A stretch of 64,000 nucleotides of DNA from Candidatus Woesearchaeota archaeon (lineage in GTDB: Archaea; Nanobdellota; Nanobdellia; Woesearchaeales; SKGA01). Under the pieces are notes generated by a model that had not been told where the DNA came from, did not search any database, and saw only the letters and a list, made by a program, of their open reading frames with translations. Location of the stretch: the NCBI GenBank assembly GCA_021734105.1, contig JAIPJP010000002.1, positions 582-64,581 of the forward strand. The letters are read 5' to 3'. Position numbers and translations under genes: made by a program. Numbering within the stretch: the first letter of the stretch is position 1; the number at the start of each line of letters is the position of its first letter. Shown piece by piece: positions 48,801 to 54,160 of this stretch.

Positions 48801-50518
48801 ACGATACAACGATTGTTAGCGGACTTTCCAATAGTTCCTCTTGGGAATACGCGCTAGATAGAGGAACATATACTTGGAATTGCCTTGCAGAAGACAATGC
48901 CTCGCAAGCAACAGGAGGAGTGAATAAAACAATATATGTGAATGAACCAGCAAACGCAACATACACAGGATTTAGTGGGAATACTACGGCATTTAACACC
49001 TATCCAACACCTGAAGCAATACTTGGCGCAACACTTGACGCACCTGGCGATGCACAAATAGAATGGAACGGTGTTGTGAATGCAAGTAATCAAGACTTCG
49101 ATAGTTTTGTTACGCTCGGACAAAATGTGGTGAGTGTAGATATTGGTGGATTAGATACTAGTTTTAACAGCAGTGCAAATGTCACGCTTCGAAATATTTC
49201 TTGGGCGTATCCAGTAGTTTATCGCAATGGTGTGCTTTGTACTGGTTGTGACGTACTGAGTTATGCAAATGATGTATTGGTCTTTAACGTCACAGGATTT
49301 TCATCTTATACAACCGGCGAAGGAACAAACCTGTCTATTTGGGATACCAGTGATAGTGTGGAAGTCTTTAACGACGAACAAAATATCTTTTATGCAAATT
49401 ACACCAACATTACAGATGGTAGTGCAATTACTGGTCTTGACGTATATTGCGAGTTCACAGAAAATAGCACGGGAACTTGGAGCGCACTTAATAATATGAC
49501 TTACAATATAACAAGTGGTCTTTATGAATATAATAAAACACTCCATGATGGTATTTCACAATTCAATGTAAGTTGTTATAATGATCAAAACTATGCAAAC
49601 CTATCGCTTGTTGATAGCGTGAATATCACTCGACGACCAACAAGAGAACTCCATATCCTTAACATTACGTACTCATCATCATCGCCAATTGAAGGAACAA
49701 GCGTCACAGTATATGTGAACGTTTCAAATACAGGAAATGAATCAGCAACAAATTTCACACTCGATGTAAATGTTTCCTTATGGAATGGAACAGCTGGCGT
49801 TTTTGATGAAACATTATCTCTTGTTAATCAAAATATTGCAGATGCAACAACAACACTGTTTGAACTTTCTTGGACGGCTCAACCAGGAACCTATATTTTT
49901 GATGCTTATGTTGATAGCGAGTTTAACGTAACAGAACTCAATGAAACCAATAACACGTTTAGTACTAATGTAACAGTTGATGCATGGGCATATCAACACG
50001 GAGAAATAAACCATACTGTTGTTTTAGGGGCGGGTACAAATGAAGTCTTGAACTGGTCAGATGACTCTGAAGACGGTTATGTCTTTTTTTATGATTATGA
50101 TTCTTCTATTAATCTTCTTGCGCTTGAAGCATTAGGAACAGGAAGCAATGATTTTATAGAAGCAGATGAGGCGCTAGGCATGACTGGATTTAGTGATTCT
50201 ATAGCTGAACTCTTTGATGCAGACGGTAATGATATAGCAGATAGCACAACAAGTGTTACGGTCTTTGGCACCACCTATAATGATGTGCCAACAACGCTCT
50301 CAACGAACTCCTCCTCTTCATTTACTACAGGAATAATGTGGGATGCAACAGGAGGGGGCGAATATGACGGTAGTCAAGACCTTGTCATCGTTGCAATAGT
50401 AAGCGCTACTACTGCCGGCGCTTATGGCACTTATGATTATGAGGTTCGCGTGCCTGCTTTACTTAAATCATGGAAAGGCAGCAACGACTTTTTTGCTTAC
50501 GCAACAGAATTCACCTAA
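27869..50518 (+). CDS. Giant multi-domain cell-surface glycoprotein (7,549 aa) with DUF2341-like + LamG-like modules, Ig-like tandem repeats and a CARDB-like domain
   Basis: Uninterrupted 22.6-kb ORF. Six modules at aa ~450, 860, 1220, 2070, 3070 and 5230 carry the DUF2341-type signature W.YR..I.I.N...L.DYQ....N.....CSD(V/I)RF.Y.N......E....E.....A.(F/I)WVK(V/I)P.......(L/I)Y.YYGN. Most are followed by a LamG/concanavalin-like segment (e.g. GIGAWGCANWDEFRMRPYT). A CARDB-like domain sits near the C-terminus (VSNTGNESATNFTLDV...LNETNNTFS). There are hundreds of N-x-S/T sequons. No C-terminal TM helix. Confidence 0.85.
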   Translation: MLFLATATVFSFTEQTSSETLSVHFPQLSERTLEITSQASNYTIENLTRNPIVFGKPVSWELLLSDGVQLFNVEYTTPPVVVASTQTNTATTWQKELTFSTNFTEGYANISYEDVLPHLTNFTITPPISYAIGYNNAISFTLPQLVLEETILLQASFLDTNNSIFNTTNTSPLININTSHTNQTVVVNHTFPTPQETLKTQQAKSKHGNFALTLAKGQIKKIAMADDFFLTVELENITQPENTTIDIELPKPVHKNIHLYLWYETPTGDFKSIPYIFSKNRKTLTLHLADLALAPRAGAMKFRLKVGLSDYAVSVNKKSAQEVDAVIDSKLVVFETAFADVQSFSIVDPENLPEVPQQAGEFTHKLLKFTLENLTQPNVTINLTFDDLPEDFQLWKFNANTGNWYTFPYTQLDANTLQITLVDGGLGDDDGIVNGIIVDDLGITLGWQNDSFDWRIAFNVTATSGSLVNYSTLVLLNNTVFNFSNAQDDLADLRIAYYNATADTETLVAHWVENYDQNFSSGSTAARVWFKALYLANNTNTTFFVYYGNPSASSTANGSDVFLYFDDFENGIGFDTGELSLVQNTSSAKTGTYGISGDGTETYDQAFNSGVNSGQDIVVESWVKSWDCDKSQDTSLAGVMVGHPTVGVDQDGYQAYLDERGSPYLGIRQDYDNGDVIASATSPITTFDTWYFHSFTWTTANELIFKLYDEDRSLLQTISATDATYTDGEFGIGAWGCANWDEFRMRPYTATEPTITFYSGSDFVGIANISIDRPVNESNQTRIQSFTMNGTLVCSRGQSCGNVSTYFQYYTTAAPTQSWFETSYTDFNDSDFENTYNISSSQNGFISLDVVNSGHEWWNVDWSNRMPLKISNVTANATAIPVKLIINSSMVGTSFDWTTDYNSSRFIWMNETSGLAQSADYWIEEWNTGAQNATIWVEIPYLEENTNTSLYLYYGNDAVTTLSDVDSVFLFYDDFSDGNDDGWTVRSGTWVVENNESYYQTTTLTTYLISEAGDSSWEDYTVETSINMTGFGGSTFFAGLLYRYQDTNNHYAVILDDRADDSIWLRQWIEGSYATEDQEWNDVNVDLNVFLPLRVDIFTNDAGTHTNRIHFDNTIKEYNYSAFGAGNIGLIAHNTQPRYDFVSVRKFTPSQLVVTNYSSEELNVSSNGEYYSNIYDFETEDVTFEKIYWTSSVPGQTSFSMHTRSSVGLAGAWYSADWPYQKEINISNTAGPLYEYQVFVQANLSTEYAAGKIQNNCSDVRFIYLNQTSLEQQEVNFFTDACDLTNEDIADFWVKVPFLKNGTITKLYLYYGNNSLPSASNIANTFTYTTNRTVGYVVSNMSARNGIRVTSLEDNNEIAVGSVGHQLNEFDNELVVGGSLTIGSAIKAKNLIQAEGNGDADDMIVPLSWAATHFVYEGMRSDNDTYCFVSPWGTAEVNLSETGVLQWTDNVTAAGVCYQADFASNTATTVDSSIPILAYHHGRDISQPPRDSWPFYPASTGPLYHPSRSNAIYIGVGENITTLTCYGSDGTSQTRSNVAAFGYTDCTSLSNGNSGSGAAAKIVSDYPIGAVQQADHDGTESTVFVPRKEMGTVFGAYHDAEYIALVSPYSGFDCDLYDSSGFDSTATFSTSSTEGVAKACFGCGSDATYITGPWKVVCEQPVWIYYEEDSDGDETNLFGYKQMRQYVYPAPTVAVELDELNYTYVSGNPDDFYQWSPWFLETDNTSISSPDNRYLQYRVTLSTTNSTKSPILDDVTLEYKIIANAWKNMKPSGTSFTANSPYSSLLNQTVNVTPSLAVTPQEVGTYLVRLLANSSSLSETFISENRSITINLQPAFSSFTTSSNLVARDGEITLSALFLDDVASPIKYYNVSFYDETGNGSRYFIGWAITDETGYATTTYTIPSDATYGTHILNVSYNGSTTNYINKAERTRTIKVSSSPVVHDVFTTPANFGYGFNISIQANITDGVGLDTVLVNITNESGQTETHEMTLLDGFYVYNFSQPWLKQNYNYTIIANNTDSVTTIATGNTFGLVVQSYVDIKTEKDAYRNNELVELSLTKGQWPEMEGWLYRLPVNITSEASLTDYQVQINLDSSNFRFSESNNGSDIRFTYYNTTTGNETNISHWTESYNATAQSATIWVNVPEISDTVQTKINLYYGNDNVNSSSNGTNTFIYFEDFDTTPFDWYNSPAGSGVVLDSTRAYSGTYSGHKIGGNDYRGAIEDVGTTFGRDVIMEFWVNRNAAFGGGQVDRIGFIEGTGDGYGWAFDHNADDILTDVRTNYGPATLNPTSTPDVMDEWVFGQFVVKASGVVEAYRYVDGTLLGSMATTSSTHNAFNRVYIFGGYDYWVDDIRIRKTSDTAFLTTSFGTEEVDALGLINEENTKFKGDLKMIVQRWTGSAWQNLNPPVIEDDEQILDTYEVVDLASIWDAAGAWNTTTRAPGTYRIYAIMEDSSNNLLENIDGTYIVGSANFTIKESEVRLVNLTYENEFEQGLLAYETGDVIDWINATVQAFENIAYDANATLSLLDSSKSSVGWGPQSETKLCGDLLENQTCEQQWNNASNGYIIPTDAASGTYTFYWDVLSTSENGQEYSNNSISFAVHNIPQTANTSLSQTRVYKPNSTIFNVTFTNLWNENLSGVSANINCPAFSGFTCQNLTPTTFSSIENETDFTIQFNVSANESVPSNDYNLTVELNYTNPGGETKSWNATANTLLEVRLAGILVITDYLHPITVTRNNNANFYAYMNNSGDTIATNAWLNYTFPTGWTVTTGNQDESFASIPINGVVWNNITAQPGINALLGSRTIRLDSNADDGRNDFKQYTVTVYANTSLSLTKNLSIVNRGEHIGLTGTLTYDNGTPVTNRWIYFYDETENTYLGANQTNALGQATLAYYINSSSTLSLHTLNASFNGTTSLYLRPTATTTSIDVHEKPQFSNVLISPNLSGYGSNVYINSTVTDIDVFDEIDTVWAIITYPDASTQRVNLTNVPPDDFYYIFNETWELGNYAVTLYANDTTGAQNNSNSYSFSVNASLLLSMQTAQNSYSQNEEVNLSDGGLTSWWNTDWPYRIAITAENTAENLTDYQLFIRRNLGTAYTNGNIQADCSDVRFTYYNTTAQTEQEITFYTDYCSLTSINNADFWAKIPFMQNATNTTVYLYYGNNQATDASNLTATFTYDSPKTIGYVVGEDHVSNGLEIMSYVASNEVNVGASTYTLGEFGTQTVSSGLSLATEIQAKDAVQIEGAGADDDIIAPVSWASTEFIFGGMRSNDRFCMLSPWGSASVTIYDGGSSDWSGTVTSSGTCQTVDISNGNAARVVSDIPILVVKTSTNSRDAYTFYPATTDDIYGGSASNAVFIASGPSVTAVSCIGADATSGSTSIPANDEYDCGADVTTGDSGSGTAVKVVSDYKIGAIQQADHDGTESTVLVPTKEFGTVFGSGLDAQYIAVVSLTQNNNCSIYTSGGLFDWDISTGTSALSQACFGCNSDSVFVSGPWKMECEQPVWAYYEDDNDHETNMLSYKQLRQYVHPEPSLTYSSEQSRGSKVYNQQTNTHKGYVLLTVQENSTGSWNHVATISNDTSTLRSIPATGLDLATIWNSVSWNTGTIAAGTYRAYGALQDDQGTTLTNYDSSEITGDWEFILEAPDLHLAIDDLRIYDVTETAQANWRIYTGDLIGSGLNNSHTLYKDDIYRIEVDVENIGSTTWTINDTTINYSNFNQNWTINETDYIWYSTLATIANRRADTSKLSGNFTDTITWDISSNQGTVAAGDVATFFFIINMSEEDTKGIRFRIEHPDFDISDYSTLESIIFTVNAPALYNDIYNFTDTKVIRGDNTTLYARWDKTIGEANFTYNVVTPVGYATYQNTTPANTKNWSNYTINTGSTWFLGNHSAKIIVEDQSGNTNTSLPYLTFGVWGHAQPTSIQLNTSNIAVGDNVSIQCRITDATNGNSVIAGYNVSFTNGTDTLGWNTTSATGWAVFNYHDLTAGSEQVGCFITESAADFYTIGALNSTMTTLLTTEEVLPTYSSLSGPTTAHKGDVVGLNSYWQDNFGLDFANLSTNATGTFANASRLEISGLADWANFSYTIPTSMTPGTLGWKVHGVDTSGNVNTTYVSTIAVWGYSEIGSSTLSPASVQEGNPTTMGCRIVDEQSLSALSNYNVTFYYQNKSNPGYIYLGYNLTNTTGWANYNFILPNASTYDIKCNITDDATQQYNSSTPFFAVKELNVVSSADVYPPLIINGNYGINDTELYRGQCFMVYGEWNESINESWIQYNNTPTNITEFNGTAPFTANWTNISICTNNTWVPGEYTVQLFAKDQEGNLNNTLSTLSFEVKARANLSWIGPIGDLNRTTINLSCQVHDFDTGDPISGYTVRFYDGDEGSTLGNVATNASGVATLEYDYTIINSGNPVNVGPDALSCQIFVSAGYELATSFVEETVYFYGDLAANITTPVSGAIMHTGVAESLVVNAEDEFGNTVRDINGNVATIDATWKNSTQTTLATGASTTWSIPATYATGVETITVNITEPYYRWNTDSVNVNIWGYADVTISTPPAGTYANNTPLMLTCRVTNSATGQGINTYPIAFYNDSTLLTTTPANATGYATYTINTNTMQEGDRVLRCEIDNNAPLLYNKSSAYQSNVSVIVDASAPVIMYTASSDANNTYNRNWIYARVLLTEPNLDTLYLNWNGTNETFTASAGNEYWTNKTGLGDGNYTYLAWANDTAGNTGQSLLRKVIVDTTSPVVTIYSPQEQPYNATTLLINYTVTDANVDACWYNLDNNATTNSTLTGCQLDNLTSLSEGNHSIIIYANDTAGNLGQTAINFSVDTTFPTVSISHPVNTSSYFDDNVQDLNFSTGDDIALDSCWYTLDNGAEAPIPGCANTSISGLTNENHTLSVFVNDTAGNVNNETIWFIINLNKLIPLPVAPENNSYLNNQTIYVNATTNINATSCNYSIDDGVPSSMTNSTNLDWYALTPALTETFHNLTFYCWNGSANIQTEYRYFTIDVTAPVVSYELPTDTDGLGVGRNWTLINISTNEPTNVGILEWYNGATYQNYTMNKASNTSYWINMSGLADDTYSYRVFANDSADNFGNTTSRTIIVATTIPYIMLTSPVNTTEYTSNLLWLNATASKPISTWTFELNEENYTFTPDIIFPAELFENNLTVYATDADNNTGKITIAFTVNNTVTWTDTFQTYAGLTAAENLAVDTNASVDFCWPVLRNETFSAQNNMEACWHYRQPVSVTSTTTLIDYQTVLHLNISSLVSSSKANADCSDLRFTYYNETTNQDELIDYFLDDCSNTDDVQVWLKLPLINSSSKVHVYYGNPRAEDKSNGTAIFELFEPFNSVTVGNWGSNAANWASSNGISYPTTSGGSSQITSTTATSTQYAIELKLAGNSTSGSAGRFFFGRPAGANKYMGLYIDPPGNRVRLFNNAYTDYTINASEQNKYSLVADFVNNNYTLHVNNSVSPQIELSTSATGSIPNPIFYSYYTQGLLLDYYALRKYSPNHPTVGSMGGEETPITNATFRSKLISPNPFGAWVNFIASGNFPAGTDVTFQLRNATDANICGNLTYAQVSAGYEPCMNAAFFTDVYLWAQLETTATLSTPYLFNWTIEWNTSMTDNIVPQVTVTSPLAITQNQSTSVLLQATVIDNVNMSHVFANVSWDAGVNWENIELIKQGTSNTYNATFTNTSLIGVYNVAFFANDSRNNINDTETGNFTIRDSVGPTINSHNASPSPTAYELNITILANVTDNLGVGDVFVEIENTNYTMQPLGGQVYSYEFNTTDYAAGTYNYYINANDTSNPTNWAIEQTGSFTIAQATSNISLFINGTQGNYETNQDYQINLSAIITKPSPTTDYIAIFVNGTLSANASGTAENITSFTPGTYNISASYLGNENYTSASVWYTLTVNDTEAPIINNYNATPNLTAYRNEITIFANITDNILVDTVLVEIVGVNYSMNGPPGDIYNYTFNTTDYAAGFYNYTIWVNDTANNSATKQTGNFTIIQVTSILALYLNGTQGNENATTADIINITSVLTLPAGTSDFVQIYREGLLIANSSSPAVNISQQPLGYHNITAEFLGNVNFTGTSVMWFLNITDGTPPSINSHNATPNSTIYGNNITLYANVTDNVAVDTVYFEINGVNQSTTPAGDIYSYEFNTTDYAVGFYTYRVLANDSSDNFATPQIGNFTIFPATSELHLYLNGTEDNVSFDEDLLINLTADLSVPVLGENVWILLDGVSVANSSSPAVNISAHQPGVYNITAVYAGNENYSGTRVTWFMTINDTTNPNVTALLPTTGFVINDSMPILISANITDNVNVSKVFANVSWNGMYNYIELTSTNNLTYNYTFTNTSWVGNYGVLFFANDSVNNINNTETTWFNVTFSDDQAPNITSFNATPNVTSYGNNITIYANVTDNVDVSDVFVEFDGTNYSMTNDSLPGVGGSIYGYRFNTSNYAVNIYSFRIVANDTNKTHLLTANFTQLTTGDALTGLLSYCELRENSTNNWSSPIKMSYDSETTTYSATLPSPKQYWFQITCVDTKQETNLFIIGDVDTSKPKLIDLPTNELFIEDLYEPVNDTNSPTTITYQTSNGNFVLTTTEGILEEFGVTDTLALFFTIRNVSSKPVAVDLALPFALPKGLHFYLWKEVNGETIAVPYEISSDSRSLTLILQDGVIDEDGLVNGVIVDPLQLMLPTYDFFVSKTNTTSTHVTVAEREFFVTTPKGALESVALVDPLNLPNLPGTPNSFTHKLVRFTADTLGAEALDVYLTYDDLPIEFELWKFNSQTIAWYEFPYERIDEKTIMITLYDGGLGDDDGEVNGIIVDDVGIISLGTELRIGDLSDSQTVYSNEQNYFYANYTNASDGSAINDTIGYCEFTENSTGSWSALVNMTYNYENGLYELNRTITTGTHMFNVSCFSTDVRYQNITLNETFNITLFVDEAPVIEIQLPAANVVTTVQNVSFSCGFTDTLNLANITLYLTNATNESFGVNDTTIVSGLSNSSSWEYALDRGTYTWNCLAEDNASQATGGVNKTIYVNEPANATYTGFSGNTTAFNTYPTPEAILGATLDAPGDAQIEWNGVVNASNQDFDSFVTLGQNVVSVDIGGLDTSFNSSANVTLRNISWAYPVVYRNGVLCTGCDVLSYANDVLVFNVTGFSSYTTGEGTNLSIWDTSDSVEVFNDEQNIFYANYTNITDGSAITGLDVYCEFTENSTGTWSALNNMTYNITSGLYEYNKTLHDGISQFNVSCYNDQNYANLSLVDSVNITRRPTRELHILNITYSSSSPIEGTSVTVYVNVSNTGNESATNFTLDVNVSLWNGTAGVFDETLSLVNQNIADATTTLFELSWTAQPGTYIFDAYVDSEFNVTELNETNNTFSTNVTVDAWAYQHGEINHTVVLGAGTNEVLNWSDDSEDGYVFFYDYDSSINLLALEALGTGSNDFIEADEALGMTGFSDSIAELFDADGNDIADSTTSVTVFGTTYNDVPTTLSTNSSSSFTTGIMWDATGGGEYDGSQDLVIVAIVSATTAGAYGTYDYEVRVPALLKSWKGSNDFFAYATEFT

Positions 50519-50670
50519 AAATTTTAAGCAAACACGTTTTAGAGCTTCTTCTTAAGGAATTTAATTGTTTTAAGCTTTTTCTACAGTATTTTCTTGTTGT
50601 TTTCCCTCAAAAAAGAAAACACATCTTTAAATACTAATGTATTCAAATATACAGATAACCATACTAAGAT

Positions 50671-51450
50671 ATGGTCGATATTGATTACGATACACGGGGC
50701 ATAAGTCCTATCGTAATTCATGATTTTGTAAAAAATAACAACCAAAATGAGGTGTGTGAGACAATGAAAAAAATTGCAATTTTAATGGTCGTTGCTGTTC
50801 TAGCAATTGGAATGGTAATGGCAGCAGAACCTGGTCAAATAGACTCAGTTACTTCGGTAGACTTAGGAGAATATACTTCTAACGCAGGCCAAAGTATAAA
50901 TCTTCAATCAGGTAATGTAACAGATGCAGACCTTTCAGCAAGAGTATCCACTTTTGTCTGGGCAGGTCTTGTTGGTGACGTAGGCGGTGACATCGTATTA
51001 GGAACCGGAAATGGCGCAGGACAAATTCTTTACAACTGGTCAGCACAAGGTGCAGTTGTCTATGCAAGTGAAGCAGCAGCAATTGATTGGACTGATGGTA
51101 ACATAATCCCTCTTGCGGTAGGAAATATTCCACCACAGGTTAATACAGGTGCAGCAGATGATTATACCAATACTTTTACTGGAAATGAAGCTATGACTGC
51201 TTCAGCGATTTATGATACGGTAGCACTAGTGCCTTTTGCAACAACCTGGGACAATACTACGACTGCTATATGGAAAACGTATTCATTTGAAGATGATGCA
51301 GCTGATGAACCTATTTGGGCTGGCGAAGTGCAAACAGGCGGTACGTCATTTAATGGAAGTGTAGTTGATTACCAAATGATTCTTCCGGAAGACGGTCGTT
51401 CTAACGATGTAAGTCTAACTCAGTACTTCTTGTGGGCAGAATTAGTCTAA
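50671..51450 (+). CDS. Small secreted protein S1 (probable start at the Met at ~50764: MKKIAILMVVAVLAIGMVMAAEPG). Paralog of the next gene.
   Basis: Signal peptide. Conserved blocks shared with S2: TTWDNTTTAIWKTYSF...IWAGEVQTGG...VVDYQMILPEDG vs TTTWQDGTQGSLRTYAL...IWAGKAQGNVQG...TVDYQLLVPAFG. Confidence 0.55.
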   Translation: MVDIDYDTRGISPIVIHDFVKNNNQNEVCETMKKIAILMVVAVLAIGMVMAAEPGQIDSVTSVDLGEYTSNAGQSINLQSGNVTDADLSARVSTFVWAGLVGDVGGDIVLGTGNGAGQILYNWSAQGAVVYASEAAAIDWTDGNIIPLAVGNIPPQVNTGAADDYTNTFTGNEAMTASAIYDTVALVPFATTWDNTTTAIWKTYSFEDDAADEPIWAGEVQTGGTSFNGSVVDYQMILPEDGRSNDVSLTQYFLWAELV

Positions 51451-51492
51451 GCCTTACGGCTTTTTTTCTTTTTTTTCTTTTTTTTATTCTCT
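51451..51492 (+). terminator. Oligo-T terminator-like tract after S1 (TTTTTTTCTTTTTTTTCTTTTTTTTATTCTC)
   Basis: Three consecutive T7–T8 runs directly after the stop codon. Confidence 0.4.
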
Positions 51493-51546
51493 CATTCTTT
51501 GCATTAAGTAAAAAGTTATTTAAATAGAAAAACTCCAATAACTCGT

Positions 51547-52239
51547 ATGAATGAGGCGCAAACCATGAACCGACCTACCATCCTTTTACTAGTGGCTTTG
51601 TTTTTTATTACAGGTTTAGCCTCGCTAGCTTTAGCAGAGCCTACAGGCGCAACGATTACGCCGGGTGTCTCTGAAACAACGGTCCTACCAGCAGCACAAG
51701 CACTTAATATTCAAGGAGGTTATGTTACCTACGTTGATGTTCGAGGAGGAATTGTGACAACGCGATGGGGAGGCTTTTTTGGAAACATCACAGGAGAAGC
51801 AAGGCTCGGGGATGGCAGCGGCAATTACTATTATATATGGACGGTAACTGATCCAACAAACGCAGTTGTTTATGTTTCAACAGACTCCATTACGAGCTGG
51901 GACTTTACCGATTTTCGACCAGCAAACGCAGGCGATATGCCTGCATATTTACAAGCATCAGTAACTGATAATTTTGCCTCAACATTCACGCAAGCTGAAG
52001 CATTTGATAGTGCAAGTCTATTTATTCCTGTTACACCTTACACGACCACGTGGCAAGACGGCACGCAAGGAAGCTTACGCACCTACGCACTGTATAATTC
52101 AGCAGATAATGCAGTAATTTGGGCAGGAAAAGCGCAAGGAAATGTACAAGGCTTCCAACCAGGAAAAACCGTTGATTATCAACTCCTCGTTCCAGCGTTT
52201 GGCACCGAAACCTATAATTTCTATTTAGAACTGCCTTAA
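51547..52239 (+). CDS. Small secreted protein S2 (230 aa), paralog of S1
   Basis: Signal peptide MNRPTILLLVALFFITGLASLALAEP. See S1 for the shared blocks. Confidence 0.55.
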   Translation: MNEAQTMNRPTILLLVALFFITGLASLALAEPTGATITPGVSETTVLPAAQALNIQGGYVTYVDVRGGIVTTRWGGFFGNITGEARLGDGSGNYYYIWTVTDPTNAVVYVSTDSITSWDFTDFRPANAGDMPAYLQASVTDNFASTFTQAEAFDSASLFIPVTPYTTTWQDGTQGSLRTYALYNSADNAVIWAGKAQGNVQGFQPGKTVDYQLLVPAFGTETYNFYLELP

Positions 52240-52295
52240 TGTTTATTCTATGCAAGCTTAGGTTATTAATTGTAACAGCACTTTCTAGCGAAATG

Positions 52296-52306
52296 TTTAT
52301 AAATCC
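52296..52306 (+). promoter_or_regulatory. TATA-like TTTATAAAT about 45 nt upstream of the 52348 start, with a GGGGAG Shine-Dalgarno 8–10 nt before the ATG
   Basis: Sequence motif plus spacing. Confidence 0.35.
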
Positions 52307-52347
52307 TTAGCAAGGTTAGATAGTATATTAAAGGGGAGTTAACTAGT

Positions 52348-54075
52348 ATGCAACAGAACACTATAACATTGTTTTTACGAGTCTTTCTTTTGGCTTTACT
52401 ACTCGTTTTTTCCACCGGTATTGTCAGCGCAGAAGACGTTACTGTAATTAATTCGGAAGACTGGGTGGATGTGTATAGCGTCATGCTTAAATCAGCTCTT
52501 GAAGGACGACGAGCACTCTTTGTAAATGGGGACTCGGCAACAGGATTTGCAAACATCATAAACCCTTTAGACACTTTACAAGTATACACTTCTGTTGATA
52601 CGCCTTATATTGATCAACTAGATAAACAATTAACAAGTATAGGTTATGATGTACGTACGGCATACGCAAACACAAATTTTAACTACGATTTAGACCCTGG
52701 AACAGGAAATTACATTCTTATTTCGCTTGATAATCCTCGTATTGCAGCATCCATCGCGCCACTTGCAGTAAAGCAAAATGCGTGGGTGTTTATCGTTGAT
52801 AAAGAAAATGCAGCAGATATTGCAAAAGCAACAAAAGGAGCTACATCTGTTATCGCTGTAGGAAACTTTGGGCGAGACGTACTAAAAAAAATACAACCTC
52901 GATTTACTACATGGATTAACACCGGCGATTTATATGCCGATAGTCAAGAAATAGCAACGTTATTAGGTGTTAAAAAAACAGTTATTTTAACAGACGGATC
53001 ATTTATTGAAACAGAATTTTTCGCCTCAAGTAATCCAGTACTTCTCTCCGGACCAACACGACTTTTTAGCAAAACATTTGCATTTCTTGAAGCAAACGAG
53101 GTAAGTTCAGTTGTTATTGTAGGTAATCAACTCGCAGCAATAGGCGAGCAAATAAGAGATAAAAGCAACAAAGAAATCAGCGTGTTTATTAAATTTGGAC
53201 AAGGAGACACGATGAAATCAGCAAATATTTACGCACTCTCTATGTTTCCACTACCCGTTTCACGATTAGGACTTACCGTGCAACAAGCAATCTATAATCC
53301 CGCAACACAAGAACTCATTGCAACGTTTAAGAACACTGGAAATATCGGTGTATACGAACTTTCCACCATTGTTATTAAAAATGGCGAGGAAGAGCTTGCA
53401 AGCGTTTCTTTACCTGATGTAACGTATATTGCAGGAGGAGAATTATTACCTGTTATTTTCCCTGTAGCATTGCCCATAGAACTTATTACGCCGCAAACAA
53501 GTGTAGAATTTTATACTTCTTATGGTATAACGCCCACAGGACTTGATAGATTTCTTACAGAAGATAATATTTTAGGTAATCCATTCACCCTGCCTTTAAC
53601 TTTACAAACAATTGCTGATGATGGAACGCTACTTTACTTGGTTGATTCGTCCTACTACAAAGGAATTGATCGTGTAGGTGTAGAATTACACAACCCAACA
53701 GACATTGATGCATACGTTTCTGTAAAAGTAAATGAAATTATGGTAAATGGTCTTCCTAAAACCTTGTACAAACAAGGAAAAGTAAAAGCAGGACAAACAA
53801 CTATTTTGTACTTACCTGCAAAACTTGATAGAATTGATTTACAAGAAAATGAAGAACTAGCAATTGTAGTAACGTATGGTAAAGATGAGTCTATGCTCTT
53901 AAAAACTATTTCTGCAAAACAACCATTTAAAGTAGTCTCGGGAGGAAGAATAACAGGTCTTGTTACAGGAATCGGAGGAGGCTCTGCGGCAATAGGCTGG
54001 GGAATTGTAATGATTGTACTTTTAGGAAGCCTTTATGTTGCATATTTCTTCGTTCGAAAAAAGAATAATTCTTAA
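52348..54075 (+). CDS. Membrane-anchored surface protein P2 (signal peptide, ectodomain, C-terminal TM plus short basic tail). Distant paralog of P1 (25616).
   Basis: Signal peptide FLRVFLLALLLVFSTGIVSAED. N-terminal block AEDVTVINSEDWVDV matches P1 AEDRSFTVVNSKDWQDL. C-terminus GGGSAAIGWGIVMIVLLGSLYVAYFFVRKKNNS. Confidence 0.6.
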   Translation: MQQNTITLFLRVFLLALLLVFSTGIVSAEDVTVINSEDWVDVYSVMLKSALEGRRALFVNGDSATGFANIINPLDTLQVYTSVDTPYIDQLDKQLTSIGYDVRTAYANTNFNYDLDPGTGNYILISLDNPRIAASIAPLAVKQNAWVFIVDKENAADIAKATKGATSVIAVGNFGRDVLKKIQPRFTTWINTGDLYADSQEIATLLGVKKTVILTDGSFIETEFFASSNPVLLSGPTRLFSKTFAFLEANEVSSVVIVGNQLAAIGEQIRDKSNKEISVFIKFGQGDTMKSANIYALSMFPLPVSRLGLTVQQAIYNPATQELIATFKNTGNIGVYELSTIVIKNGEEELASVSLPDVTYIAGGELLPVIFPVALPIELITPQTSVEFYTSYGITPTGLDRFLTEDNILGNPFTLPLTLQTIADDGTLLYLVDSSYYKGIDRVGVELHNPTDIDAYVSVKVNEIMVNGLPKTLYKQGKVKAGQTTILYLPAKLDRIDLQENEELAIVVTYGKDESMLLKTISAKQPFKVVSGGRITGLVTGIGGGSAAIGWGIVMIVLLGSLYVAYFFVRKKNNS

Positions 54076-54160
54076 TAGCGTGCTACAACTTATTAATCTT
54101 TTAACATAACTATTTTTTATTAACGCTAAATACATAAACCCCACTCACTTTCTTTTTATT

